From a virus: a DNA stretch of 64,000 nt. Position numbers and translations under genes: made by a program. The stretch is from IMG/VR virus record IMGVR_UViG_3300021142_002226, positions 32,001 through 96,000 of that record, one strand, 5' to 3'. Below, piece after piece: positions 30,283-39,777 of the stretch; position 1 is the stretch's first letter, and each line of letters opens with the position of its first letter. The notes under the pieces were generated by a model. The model saw only the letters and a program-made list of their open reading frames with translations. It did no database searches and was not told the origin of the DNA.

Positions 30283-31333
30283 AATCAATTGTTCCTCTAT
30301 CTTCTGTTTCAATAATTTCTAAATCATCAACATTATCAATTACCTCACCCATTTTTGCAAATTGAGATGCGATATAATTCATATGTTCTAATTTATATTT
30401 TGCGATTGCTTCTTTACCCTCATTATTTTCTTTACTACCACGTCTGTCACTTTTTAGGAAACCTTGTGGTGTAATTATAATGTTTGAATCTTTATATCCA
30501 AGACCAGTGATGTGATTTTTATCTACAGTGATTTTACTTCTAACAGCTATGTTAATAGTTCTACCGTTTTTAGTTGCATCAATCTTTGAAATACCAGATT
30601 CAGCTTCATTACCAAAGCGGAAAACAAGTGTAGATGATTGGTATAATGCTTCACCACCTTTTGGTTTCATCTTAGGTTGTGCACCATAAACCAATGGAAT
30701 TTGTACCCAAGGTAAATTACATACAACTAACCCAGCAAGATAAGGTGAATTTTCTTTTCTTGTTTTATTGATTCTTTGGTTTATACCCATATTGATTTTC
30801 TCAGCAAGAACACCAGCGGTATGTTGTTTACCACCTTTACCTTCATAAGTCATTTTACATGGTACTGAACCGACAGAATCCCAAAAGAAACAAACATCTC
30901 TTTTTAATTTACCTGATTCTTGTGCATCAAGAACTTTATTAATTTTTTCAGTAACTAATTCTATCCAATCAAGTTCATCGAAATAAAGAAAGTCACCAAT
31001 CCAATCTTGTTTTTCTTCATCCCAATCAACCTGGAAACCCATCAATTTAGCATGTTCCCATGACCATTTCTTTTCAGTTATAAGAAACACAGGCATGATA
31101 CCTTTCTTTTGCGCATCCACCGCTGAAGCAATAAGTGCACTTGTCTTACCAGCATTTGAATGCCCTATAAACATGTTAATGTGTCCCATTGCAGGGCCTG
31201 GGAGACCTGTTGCTTCTAAGAATGCTTCACCACATTCAAGAAATAAATCTGGTTTATATTTAGTTGTACTCACACCAAGTTCTTTCTTTAAATCATCAAG
31301 TGAGTATTCAGTTTTTTTAATGCCTTTAGCCAT
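30272..31333 (-). CDS. recA: RecA/UvsX-like recombinase
   Basis: Walker A GHSNAGKT, FFWDSVGSVP, KPKGGEAL, KITVDKNH. Confidence 0.88.
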   Translation of the reverse strand: MAKGIKKTEYSLDDLKKELGVSTTKYKPDLFLECGEAFLEATGLPGPAMGHINMFIGHSNAGKTSALIASAVDAQKKGIMPVFLITEKKWSWEHAKLMGFQVDWDEEKQDWIGDFLYFDELDWIELVTEKINKVLDAQESGKLKRDVCFFWDSVGSVPCKMTYEGKGGKQHTAGVLAEKINMGINQRINKTRKENSPYLAGLVVCNLPWVQIPLVYGAQPKMKPKGGEALYQSSTLVFRFGNEAESGISKIDATKNGRTINIAVRSKITVDKNHITGLGYKDSNIIITPQGFLKSDRRGSKENNEGKEAIAKYKLEHMNYIASQFAKMGEVIDNVDDLEIIETEDRGTIDYED

Positions 31334-31363
31334 AACAATTTTTTATAATTTGTATTAGTTTAA

Positions 31364-31390
31364 AAAACCCCCAAATTGCTTGGGGGTTTT
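31364..31390 (-). terminator. Rho-independent terminator after the SSB gene (possibly bidirectional)
   Basis: aaaacccccaa-attgc-ttgggggtttt, an 11-bp stem flanked by A and T runs. Confidence 0.85.
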
Positions 31391-31407
31391 GGTATGTTAT
31401 TATTTAC

Positions 31408-32319
31408 TTAGAAAGGTAAATCGTCAATATTCATTACCTCGTCTTCAACATCAACGTTGTTATTCGCAGTAGGTGCGGATGTTGGGTAGTTAGTAGTTTG
31501 TGTTGGTGTTGGAAGGCTTTCATCATCTGATTGCGCAACAAACTTTTTAAGTTCTGAACTCCATACAGGTACTGAACCTTGTGCAACAATTCTCAAATAT
31601 TCAACAGATTTCTTAGAATAAACATCTTTCCATGTTTTAGAATCATTCAACCAAGTATTCATTTGGTTTTCATCTGTAGAAAGTGGTGATGTTTCTTCAA
31701 CCATGATTGAAGCGATTTTGGTAAATTCTTTTCCTTTACCTTTAGATGTGTCTTTTACAAGACTGATATAGATATCACGACCAGCAATAGGGTTCCATAT
31801 AGCGCCAGCGCCACGACCTTTTGCTTCTTGTCTTTTGATGATTGCTTGTAATTTGTCCATTACACCTGTACCGTTACTAACGTGTGCAAATCTCCAGAAT
31901 TTAACACCCTCAGCTTCTTTTCCTCTTAAGATACATCTAACGATGTAATAATCAGAAGCTCTATATTTTTTTGCATTTTCTTGGTCGATTTTGTCACCGC
32001 CTCTCAAGAACTGATAGGCATCGTTAAGTGGTGATTCTTCTCCATCCTGAGCAGGATCATAGAGTTTTACATAATTTTTCCCAACTTTAATGTTGTTGAA
32101 TCTTTTCTTTTCGTAGAATTTGTACGGATCATCTTGGTTAGGTAGAATCCTAACAATCACTTCTCCTTCGTTTACACCTTCTGGTAAACTTAATGAAAGG
32201 TACTGTGTTAAATCAACTTTTTTACTTTGTGAAAAGTTTGAATTGTCCTTTGCTTTTGCATAATCTGTTGTTACGTCTTCGGTGGCTTTGCCCCAGTCTA
32301 AATTTTTGTAGTCTAACAT
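31408..32319 (-). CDS. Single-stranded DNA-binding protein (gp32-like)
   Basis: 303 aa; IVRILP, aromatic-rich core, GRDIYI, acidic tail ending IDDLPF; next to recA. Confidence 0.75.
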   Translation of the reverse strand: MLDYKNLDWGKATEDVTTDYAKAKDNSNFSQSKKVDLTQYLSLSLPEGVNEGEVIVRILPNQDDPYKFYEKKRFNNIKVGKNYVKLYDPAQDGEESPLNDAYQFLRGGDKIDQENAKKYRASDYYIVRCILRGKEAEGVKFWRFAHVSNGTGVMDKLQAIIKRQEAKGRGAGAIWNPIAGRDIYISLVKDTSKGKGKEFTKIASIMVEETSPLSTDENQMNTWLNDSKTWKDVYSKKSVEYLRIVAQGSVPVWSSELKKFVAQSDDESLPTPTQTTNYPTSAPTANNNVDVEDEVMNIDDLPF

Positions 32320-32341
32320 AATGTTTTAATTTTATACTACA

Positions 32342-32370
32342 ATAGTAAGCATTATCAAAACAAAAGTCAA
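32342..32370 (-). promoter_or_regulatory. Sigma70-type promoter upstream of SSB
   Basis: TTGACT-N17-TACTAT, 22 nt upstream of the ATG. Confidence 0.6.
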
Positions 32371-32387
32371 GTTTTTTAAAAAATTTA

Positions 32388-32777
32388 TTAGAACATTTGT
32401 GTCTGGTAAGCCTTTCCGAATACTAAAACACCTGGATTTTGTGATACAGAACCGCTCGTACTATCTTGAGTAACATATGAACCACCAGCACCTAATAATG
32501 TATAGTGATTTAATGTTATTGAACTAAATGGCATTGAAATCATATTACCGCAAGCAAGATCAAAAGTAACACCGTCAACTGTAACATTGATAATGTCACT
32601 ACCAGTACCGCAACCGATAAAACCAATTAAACCAATATTCCATTTTGGTGTTGTTGAGGAACCTTGATATGGTGTATTTTGGGGTGTATTTCCTTGTAGG
32701 AAACTATTTGTTGAATCTGTATTACTGTCTGTTAAAGTTTGACCCAAAGTCAAACGTTGCATAAAATTTTGTATCAT
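32388..32777 (-). CDS. Hypothetical protein
   Basis: 129 aa ORF packed after 32780..33523. Confidence 0.6.
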   Translation of the reverse strand: MIQNFMQRLTLGQTLTDSNTDSTNSFLQGNTPQNTPYQGSSTTPKWNIGLIGFIGCGTGSDIINVTVDGVTFDLACGNMISMPFSSITLNHYTLLGAGGSYVTQDSTSGSVSQNPGVLVFGKAYQTQMF

Positions 32778-32779
32778 TA

Positions 32780-33523
32780 TTAAAAAGTTTTTGCTTCTCT
32801 TGCATCTTCATCATCATTATCAATATAGAAACTCTTTTTAACATCGTTTCTATCATAATTTGACATTAATGCGTCCATCATGGACATTTTATCTGGCTTA
32901 CCTTCAAGTTCGGTTTGGTTCTTATAACCATTACCTTCCAAATAATCATCATCTGTTAAATTATAAGGATATGACTTTGCAGCCATTGCTTTTCTTCTTT
33001 CATCTTCTGTTGGTGGGCGCATTAATTCAACTTGCTTTTCAAGATCATTCATTTTCTGAATAATTCCATCCATTTTGTTTAATTTACCATCAATGTCGTT
33101 AATCTTGTCAAATACCATTTGTAATCTATTCAAACTTCTGTGAGTTTGTTTTACAAGTTCTTTTGTATCATTTACAATATCAGTAACATCGATTTCAACG
33201 TCAGGTTCGCCACCCATCTCTGGTTGAGCAGTCATATCTGGAGCTACTGGAGCTGCGGCATTAGGATCAGCTGTACCAGCATCTGGCATAGGTGTTGCAT
33301 TTGGATCTGTCATACCAGCATTAGGGTCTGCTGAAGCATCTGGTGCCATTGCAGTTGTGTCACCAGCTGCATTAGGATCAGTAGCTGGTTCAGCTGGTTG
33401 TTCCTCATCAGCTTCATAAAACTTATAAACAGTTTCCTTCAAAAGATTATCATTATAACCAAGAATTTGCTTATATCTCTTAACCTCATTTTCAAGTAAC
33501 TTTTCCGAAATATTCTTTCTCAT
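32780..33523 (-). CDS. Acidic protein with DPNA repeats and a coiled coil
   Basis: 247 aa; four (T/A)DPNA repeats in an A/P/D/M-rich linker, then a heptad-like segment. Confidence 0.65.
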   Translation of the reverse strand: MRKNISEKLLENEVKRYKQILGYNDNLLKETVYKFYEADEEQPAEPATDPNAAGDTTAMAPDASADPNAGMTDPNATPMPDAGTADPNAAAPVAPDMTAQPEMGGEPDVEIDVTDIVNDTKELVKQTHRSLNRLQMVFDKINDIDGKLNKMDGIIQKMNDLEKQVELMRPPTEDERRKAMAAKSYPYNLTDDDYLEGNGYKNQTELEGKPDKMSMMDALMSNYDRNDVKKSFYIDNDDEDAREAKTF

Positions 33524-33531
33524 ATTATAAA

Positions 33532-33759
33532 TTATCTAATATATGTTCTTCTTGTGTGGCTTATAGGCATATCTTCTCTAAGAAGTTCTCTACCATCTTC
33601 TACCACTAATTTTTTTTCAATAACGGTTCTTTCTATAAGTCCGTCCTGTGTTCTGATATAACATTTACCAGTAACTGCATCACAAACCTCTTCACCAACT
33701 TGATTATTTGCTGGAGTTTGATTTATGAAATTATTTAATTTGTTATCAAAATTGTTCAT
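33532..33759 (-). CDS. Small hypothetical protein
   Basis: 75 aa with a CDAVTGKC motif; CTATTTATA motif 15 nt upstream (33775-33783). Confidence 0.65.
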   Translation of the reverse strand: MNNFDNKLNNFINQTPANNQVGEEVCDAVTGKCYIRTQDGLIERTVIEKKLVVEDGRELLREDMPISHTRRTYIR

Positions 33760-33800
33760 AACAGTATTATTTACTATAAATAGTTATAATTTAACTAAAG

Positions 33801-36800
33801 TTAGGCTATATTAGTATTAGTATTTAATATGTTTGCCGCATATTTTGCTTTATCTGCCCAACCTGATTGCGGTGACCCTTCATATATTCTGAAAACCCAA
33901 TCATTTGTATAATTAATATCAGTACTTGTTTTAAAAGTATTAAAATTTTTATATGATGGTAATTCGAGAAGGGTATATTCTAATTGTACCTGCAATGTCA
34001 TATTAGAAAATGCGGCTGTAATAAGGTTTTGAGTATTTTCTGTTTTAGGTATTTCTACTAATTTACTAACACCACATCTACTTAATAAATCAAGCCAAAA
34101 TTTATCTTTATTTGGATTCCAATTAGAATATGTACCAGCGGCTTGTTCAAAGTTAGGTATTTCAATACCTTTACTTTTTGCATAGATAAGTACTTTAGAT
34201 CTTCTACCGTCAGCACCTACCCATTGAACTATACCAGCAGCATAAGTTTGTTTTGGGTCATTATAACTTAACTTTTTATTATATTTTGTTACAATTTTCG
34301 GATTGAAATTAGATTCCACTTTAAAGTTTCCAACTAATGATGCCGCCGCTTCTTTACTAAATCCATTTTGGATATAAAAATTATATGCCAATATAGCTGA
34401 GTTTTTATCATCAGAAACATTGGTATCTTGTGGTACACCTGCAAATGGTGGAAGTTCTTTCATGTTCGGTGCAATAGTTTTTCCATAACTAATATTATTT
34501 TCGTTATTATTTATACCATAAAACACAATTCCATTTTTTTGGTCATAACAACCTAAATATCTATAATTTGCCCCAGCAAGTGTATCAAATTTTAAATCAT
34601 TGTTTGAGCTAACATTTAGAAAAACATATTCTTCAGAATTTTCATTATTAACCGTTATCGTATAAATATTATTCGTATCACTTGCAGTTTGTGATACGTT
34701 TTTATAGTACAACATATAATATGCTTGCCATATATTACTCTTACTATAATCTATAGCATCGGTGTAATCATTTATAAAATTGATTTTAGGGGTTGTTTTT
34801 TTGTTTGGGTCAAATAAATCTGAACCATATGTTGATGCGGCATCTGAAACCAATAATTTTTGCTGTTTTAATTTATTACTTGGCGTTAACAATTTCAAAA
34901 CATCGTCATTAGTCTTAGCTAAACCCAAGGCTGTAATTGTTTTACCTATTTCATTTGTTGATAAATCATCTTTATGAGCATTTAAAAGGTCTTGTAATGA
35001 GTCAGTTGCTGGGTTGAAAAAATATGTTGTTTCTTGTCCTTCCCAATTAGCTTTCAACTGTAATACTATATCAACCATATATATCCTTATCACAGAAGGA
35101 TCTGGATTAGCAGTTGCACCATTAGCAAAATATTTTGCTCTATTATAAACCATAATTAAAACAATCTTATAAATCTCATTTGTTAATGAAAAATGAGATA
35201 CAAGCCAAGAATAAAGTATTTGCATACCATCAAAAGACACATACGTTCTGTTAGCATTCGATTTTTGATAGAATGTACCAAATCCAGAACCAACATTGTT
35301 TCTATCATTATATATTTGCCCAGTAGTAGTATTGTTTGATGTGTTTTGTGCCGAAGTTTTAGTTAAACCTGTCAAAGTTAATTGTAAACTATTCAGAATA
35401 TCACTTTTATTTGTTGTTTTCTTATTAAATGGTTGTCTTACACCCTTAAATGTGGTTGTCATATTATTCGCCGTAATATTGTGCTCAACGTTAGTTATCC
35501 AATAACTACCATAAAATAAAGGTACATTTTTAAGATAAAAATATGTGAGAGGTTGTATCATAACATTACCCATTGATTCTACTTGACAAGTATATGAACG
35601 TGTCTCCATCAAGGAAAATAAATTACCAGAAGCAACTTTTTGTGATGTTTCAGAACCATTATTGGTCAAATTAATTGCAGCTTTTATTGATTCTTCGGTA
35701 TTACTAAATTCACTCGTATCTAATCTAACTTTACTGAACATATTCTGGTTTTTGTTACCAAAATCAACAATAAATGATGTTATTTTACCTGTTTTAACAT
35801 CATCAGGTACTAAATTTTTATTATCATTGAAATAAGGTTTGATTGGTTGTAAATCCAATGGAAATGAACCTGAATATGATGGTTTAGAGTTGCTCGTTAA
35901 TTTTTTACTATCAACGCTTGATGTATGATTGATCCATTGTAAAATAAATGAAGGGTTTGAATCTATTCTATCTATATCTAAATGTGTTCCAAAAATATTA
36001 TTTGCATATTTATCAAGTTCATTGTTAACGTTTGTAATTGGTGATAAATAATCAACATATGTATTCACTGGATGTAAAATAAAATCATTGTGTTGTGCAA
36101 TATCACTGAATAAACCGAATACAGCTTTATTTGTTATCTCTGAATTTATTACATCGTTATCTGAATTGTTTGTTGTCGAAAATTTAAGTTGTAAACTATC
36201 AGACAAAGCTATCAAATCAATTAATATTTCACTACCAATATCGTTATTAGATCGGTCAACTATATTAATATATTCTATTAAATGTTTAGATTGATCTTTA
36301 TCAAAAACACTATTTTCACCTGTATAAGAATTAATTGTTGTATCACAAACGGATATATCTTTGAACAAGTAATTATAAAATAAACCATTATTAATTTTAC
36401 CCAATTCATCTAAAACATTAATAGAATCATATGGGACTTCTAATATTTTATTTGATTTATTATTGAATGCTATATATTTGTCAAAAAGATTTTTTACATT
36501 ATAATATGTTTTAGATTTTAATTCATCAATAGTATTTTCTTTCTGAATTTGTTTTAGTAAAGATGATGCGGCATTAGAATTAAGGAAGTTAGAATTTATA
36601 GAATTTTTTATTGTATCAAGATATAAGTTTATATATTTTACATTTTTATAGTAAAACGTACTTACAAATCCTGTCAAATAATTAGTAATTTCTTTTGTAA
36701 GCAAATTTTTATTTTTTTCAAAGTATTGACCAGCACCAACTATTTGCCATAAGTATGAATCATTACTACTATTATAATTCAAAGTTGTATGAAGATTACT

Positions 36801-39776
36801 TACGGAATCACCAAAAGGATCATTCACAATGGAAGAATCTGAAGAATCTGAAAATATCCAAACATTTACAATACTTTTTAAATAATCTGTAATTAAATTG
36901 AACATCAATACTAAATTATCCTCGTCAAATTTAACGTTCAAGTAGTTGAAAAACTCATTAATCAAAAAATTATAGTAATATACACCAAAATTATAATTGT
37001 TGTTTTCACCATAATATAATTTTTTTGCTTTAGCTGCAACTGAATCACTATAGTATTTGAAAGCATCGTCATAGAAATATTTTTTGACTAAATTTGTTGT
37101 TTCGATTGACGTATCAGCATTATTTGCTGGGTCAATAATGTAATCCCCAAATACAAGTTTTCTGGTATAATATTTTACCTGACCAGCATCAGGATTAGAA
37201 TTATCATCAGTTAATATACTCAATGGTTTAATCCCATATATTTCACCAGCATAAGAATCTGAAACCGTTAACTCGCTTGGACTAACTTTGAAAATAACAT
37301 CAGGTCTAAATATAAAATTTTGATAGTTTGTATATAAAGAATCCTCTTGACCAGGTACTGCAACAGAACCAACGGTGCTGTAATTATTGATTGGTAATTT
37401 TTGCGCAGAAAATTCTTCTAATACTTTTTTATTGCGTATATATTGAGCATTTGTTAATACCGCATTGATTTTTGCGCTGATATAAAAATAGTCACAAAAA
37501 TAATAATTATAACTCGAATAACCTACCAATAACATTTGTGCATCTTCTTGAGTTAGTTCGAATTGATCTGTTTTGTAACCTTGTATGTCATTTTCATCTA
37601 ATGTCATTATACCCTTCATCAAAGTCTCAAAGTTATAATTACCATCATATTTTTTGAAATAATCTTGTGTCGAGTTTGGTTGATAGACTTTATATGAAGA
37701 TGCAAAATCTAAAAATATTGACTCAAATGTTTTAAATTTTTGAATATCTATTGCGTCATACAAATCATATAATCTTAATCTTAATGGGTCATTCGATGTA
37801 TTTAAATTTGAATAACCATCGACTGATTTATATATGTTGGTTGTCAAATTTTGTCCAATTTCACTTATTGATAATTCAGATGTCAAATTATCACGATTTT
37901 CACCATTTCCTATATATGTATCTTTTGTACCAAGTTGTAAACCTCCCATACCAGTATCGTACCACAAAAACCTTGACGTGTTCATCATTACTGATCTATT
38001 ATCAAAAATAATACTATCTATATTACCGCTTTTGTTAAATAAATAAAGATTATCTGCATCATAAATATCTGAATTATTAACATCTAAATTTATATATTTT
38101 TTTGCCAAATTTCCTGATTCAAAAGCATACTTTTGAATAACATATGTTTTAGGTTTATAATTTATAGGTAAATATTCATTAATATTTTTTTGTCTATCAC
38201 TACTATTATATGCTGCTTCTTCACCATTATAACCTTTGATTAATTCGTATTTATTATTTGTTATAATCTTAGTGTTATTCTCTTTTTTGTTTTGAGTTAA
38301 TAACTTATTTGGGTAAAAAAAACCTCCAGCAGATGGATATAATAATACCACCAATTGTCCACTAACATTATTACTATCGAACTCATTAGTATCTTTATAA
38401 GTTTTTTCAGAATCCCAAAATTTTAATAAAAAATCTGTTACAACAGATATACTATCTAATAATGCATTATTAAATAAACCATTTCCAATAATTGCACCAA
38501 AATCATTCGTAAGATCATCATAAACAACGGATTCTAATGTATTTGTTATACTTGTACCAAATTTTGAAACCGATTCTTCTCCAAAAAATCTACCAAATAA
38601 AATTTTATAAATAAAATAAGATATTGGACTTATATCTTGAGTTTTTGATAGAGCATTATTTTTCGCAGTAAATTTCAATAGCTTTATAAGCGGTATATTT
38701 CCAACAAATGATATACTCATATCTAACATAAGTGTATTCATTTGTGTTAAAATTGATAGAATATCAGCTTTTTCTAAACCACCTCTCAAATATGAATATT
38801 TCATTCTACATATACACATGTAGAATTTATACATAAATTGATCGTTCTTATCAAACGTTATATTTTTAACTTGTTTGAAGTAATTAATTATATTATTACT
38901 TGTTGTTAATGTTGATGAACCTAATGAATCTTTTATAATACTATAGTGACCCATGAAATTAATACCGTCATTGTATGATTTAAATGATTTTACAAACCCA
39001 TTTTCAGCACCATAATGGTGGAATAATGTGTTAGTATCATATTTTGTGTCTGAAAAATATCCTTCAGTTGCACCTATTTGATTATTTACACCATTTTTAT
39101 CAATCATGAAATTATAATAATCTTTCATGAAGTTAGAAAATGTACCGTAACCAAATTTAGGAATAAATGTATTGTTTATACCAGTTACAAATTTATCATT
39201 GATAATTGGTATACTTGCAAACTCAACAATATTGTTTTTTTGATCATAACCCCCATAGATTGGTGATGTATTAGAATTTAAATTTAGATTAACTTTTAAT
39301 ACTTTATCTAAATCAATATTTAATGTATATGTGTTTTTACCAAATAATCTATTATTATAATTGTCCGAATGAAAATGATATAATGCCCCAAGATATAAAA
39401 TCAATGGCATTGGTAATTCTGTAATACCAACATTAGATTTAAATAGTGCAACTATATTATCTTTTGAAAATAAAAATTTATTGGATTCTGTTTGTAAAGA
39501 TGAAATTATATAGTGAGCAGCTTCTTTAAAATTACCTGTGATATCACTATTTGTTCCAATAGAAAATGATTCAGCAAAACAAATATTGTTAAGTGGAGTA
39601 GCATAATATGAGATTCTATCTGTATTTTTTGTAATTCTACTTGTTATACCGTATTCTAAATACGTTGAAAATAAACCTTTTTGATAATCTGTATAATCAC
39701 TAAATTGATTTTTAGTATAATTATCTATTACACTCGGATTTGTCAAATATTCATTTGTAATGTTCTTAATATCCAT
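33801..39776 (-). CDS. Baseplate hub protein with C-terminal phage tail lysozyme domain
   Basis: 1991 aa. Hub-like segment MGNVMIQPLTYFYL...GSYWITNVEHNIT...TTFKGVR. Lysozyme-like segment GFSKEAAASLVGNFKVESNFNP...AGIVQW...QVQLEY. Confidence 0.75.
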   Translation of the reverse strand: MDIKNITNEYLTNPSVIDNYTKNQFSDYTDYQKGLFSTYLEYGITSRITKNTDRISYYATPLNNICFAESFSIGTNSDITGNFKEAAHYIISSLQTESNKFLFSKDNIVALFKSNVGITELPMPLILYLGALYHFHSDNYNNRLFGKNTYTLNIDLDKVLKVNLNLNSNTSPIYGGYDQKNNIVEFASIPIINDKFVTGINNTFIPKFGYGTFSNFMKDYYNFMIDKNGVNNQIGATEGYFSDTKYDTNTLFHHYGAENGFVKSFKSYNDGINFMGHYSIIKDSLGSSTLTTSNNIINYFKQVKNITFDKNDQFMYKFYMCICRMKYSYLRGGLEKADILSILTQMNTLMLDMSISFVGNIPLIKLLKFTAKNNALSKTQDISPISYFIYKILFGRFFGEESVSKFGTSITNTLESVVYDDLTNDFGAIIGNGLFNNALLDSISVVTDFLLKFWDSEKTYKDTNEFDSNNVSGQLVVLLYPSAGGFFYPNKLLTQNKKENNTKIITNNKYELIKGYNGEEAAYNSSDRQKNINEYLPINYKPKTYVIQKYAFESGNLAKKYINLDVNNSDIYDADNLYLFNKSGNIDSIIFDNRSVMMNTSRFLWYDTGMGGLQLGTKDTYIGNGENRDNLTSELSISEIGQNLTTNIYKSVDGYSNLNTSNDPLRLRLYDLYDAIDIQKFKTFESIFLDFASSYKVYQPNSTQDYFKKYDGNYNFETLMKGIMTLDENDIQGYKTDQFELTQEDAQMLLVGYSSYNYYFCDYFYISAKINAVLTNAQYIRNKKVLEEFSAQKLPINNYSTVGSVAVPGQEDSLYTNYQNFIFRPDVIFKVSPSELTVSDSYAGEIYGIKPLSILTDDNSNPDAGQVKYYTRKLVFGDYIIDPANNADTSIETTNLVKKYFYDDAFKYYSDSVAAKAKKLYYGENNNYNFGVYYYNFLINEFFNYLNVKFDEDNLVLMFNLITDYLKSIVNVWIFSDSSDSSIVNDPFGDSVSNLHTTLNYNSSNDSYLWQIVGAGQYFEKNKNLLTKEITNYLTGFVSTFYYKNVKYINLYLDTIKNSINSNFLNSNAASSLLKQIQKENTIDELKSKTYYNVKNLFDKYIAFNNKSNKILEVPYDSINVLDELGKINNGLFYNYLFKDISVCDTTINSYTGENSVFDKDQSKHLIEYINIVDRSNNDIGSEILIDLIALSDSLQLKFSTTNNSDNDVINSEITNKAVFGLFSDIAQHNDFILHPVNTYVDYLSPITNVNNELDKYANNIFGTHLDIDRIDSNPSFILQWINHTSSVDSKKLTSNSKPSYSGSFPLDLQPIKPYFNDNKNLVPDDVKTGKITSFIVDFGNKNQNMFSKVRLDTSEFSNTEESIKAAINLTNNGSETSQKVASGNLFSLMETRSYTCQVESMGNVMIQPLTYFYLKNVPLFYGSYWITNVEHNITANNMTTTFKGVRQPFNKKTTNKSDILNSLQLTLTGLTKTSAQNTSNNTTTGQIYNDRNNVGSGFGTFYQKSNANRTYVSFDGMQILYSWLVSHFSLTNEIYKIVLIMVYNRAKYFANGATANPDPSVIRIYMVDIVLQLKANWEGQETTYFFNPATDSLQDLLNAHKDDLSTNEIGKTITALGLAKTNDDVLKLLTPSNKLKQQKLLVSDAASTYGSDLFDPNKKTTPKINFINDYTDAIDYSKSNIWQAYYMLYYKNVSQTASDTNNIYTITVNNENSEEYVFLNVSSNNDLKFDTLAGANYRYLGCYDQKNGIVFYGINNNENNISYGKTIAPNMKELPPFAGVPQDTNVSDDKNSAILAYNFYIQNGFSKEAAASLVGNFKVESNFNPKIVTKYNKKLSYNDPKQTYAAGIVQWVGADGRRSKVLIYAKSKGIEIPNFEQAAGTYSNWNPNKDKFWLDLLSRCGVSKLVEIPKTENTQNLITAAFSNMTLQVQLEYTLLELPSYKNFNTFKTSTDINYTNDWVFRIYEGSPQSGWADKAKYAANILNTNTNIA

Positions 39777-39777
39777 T

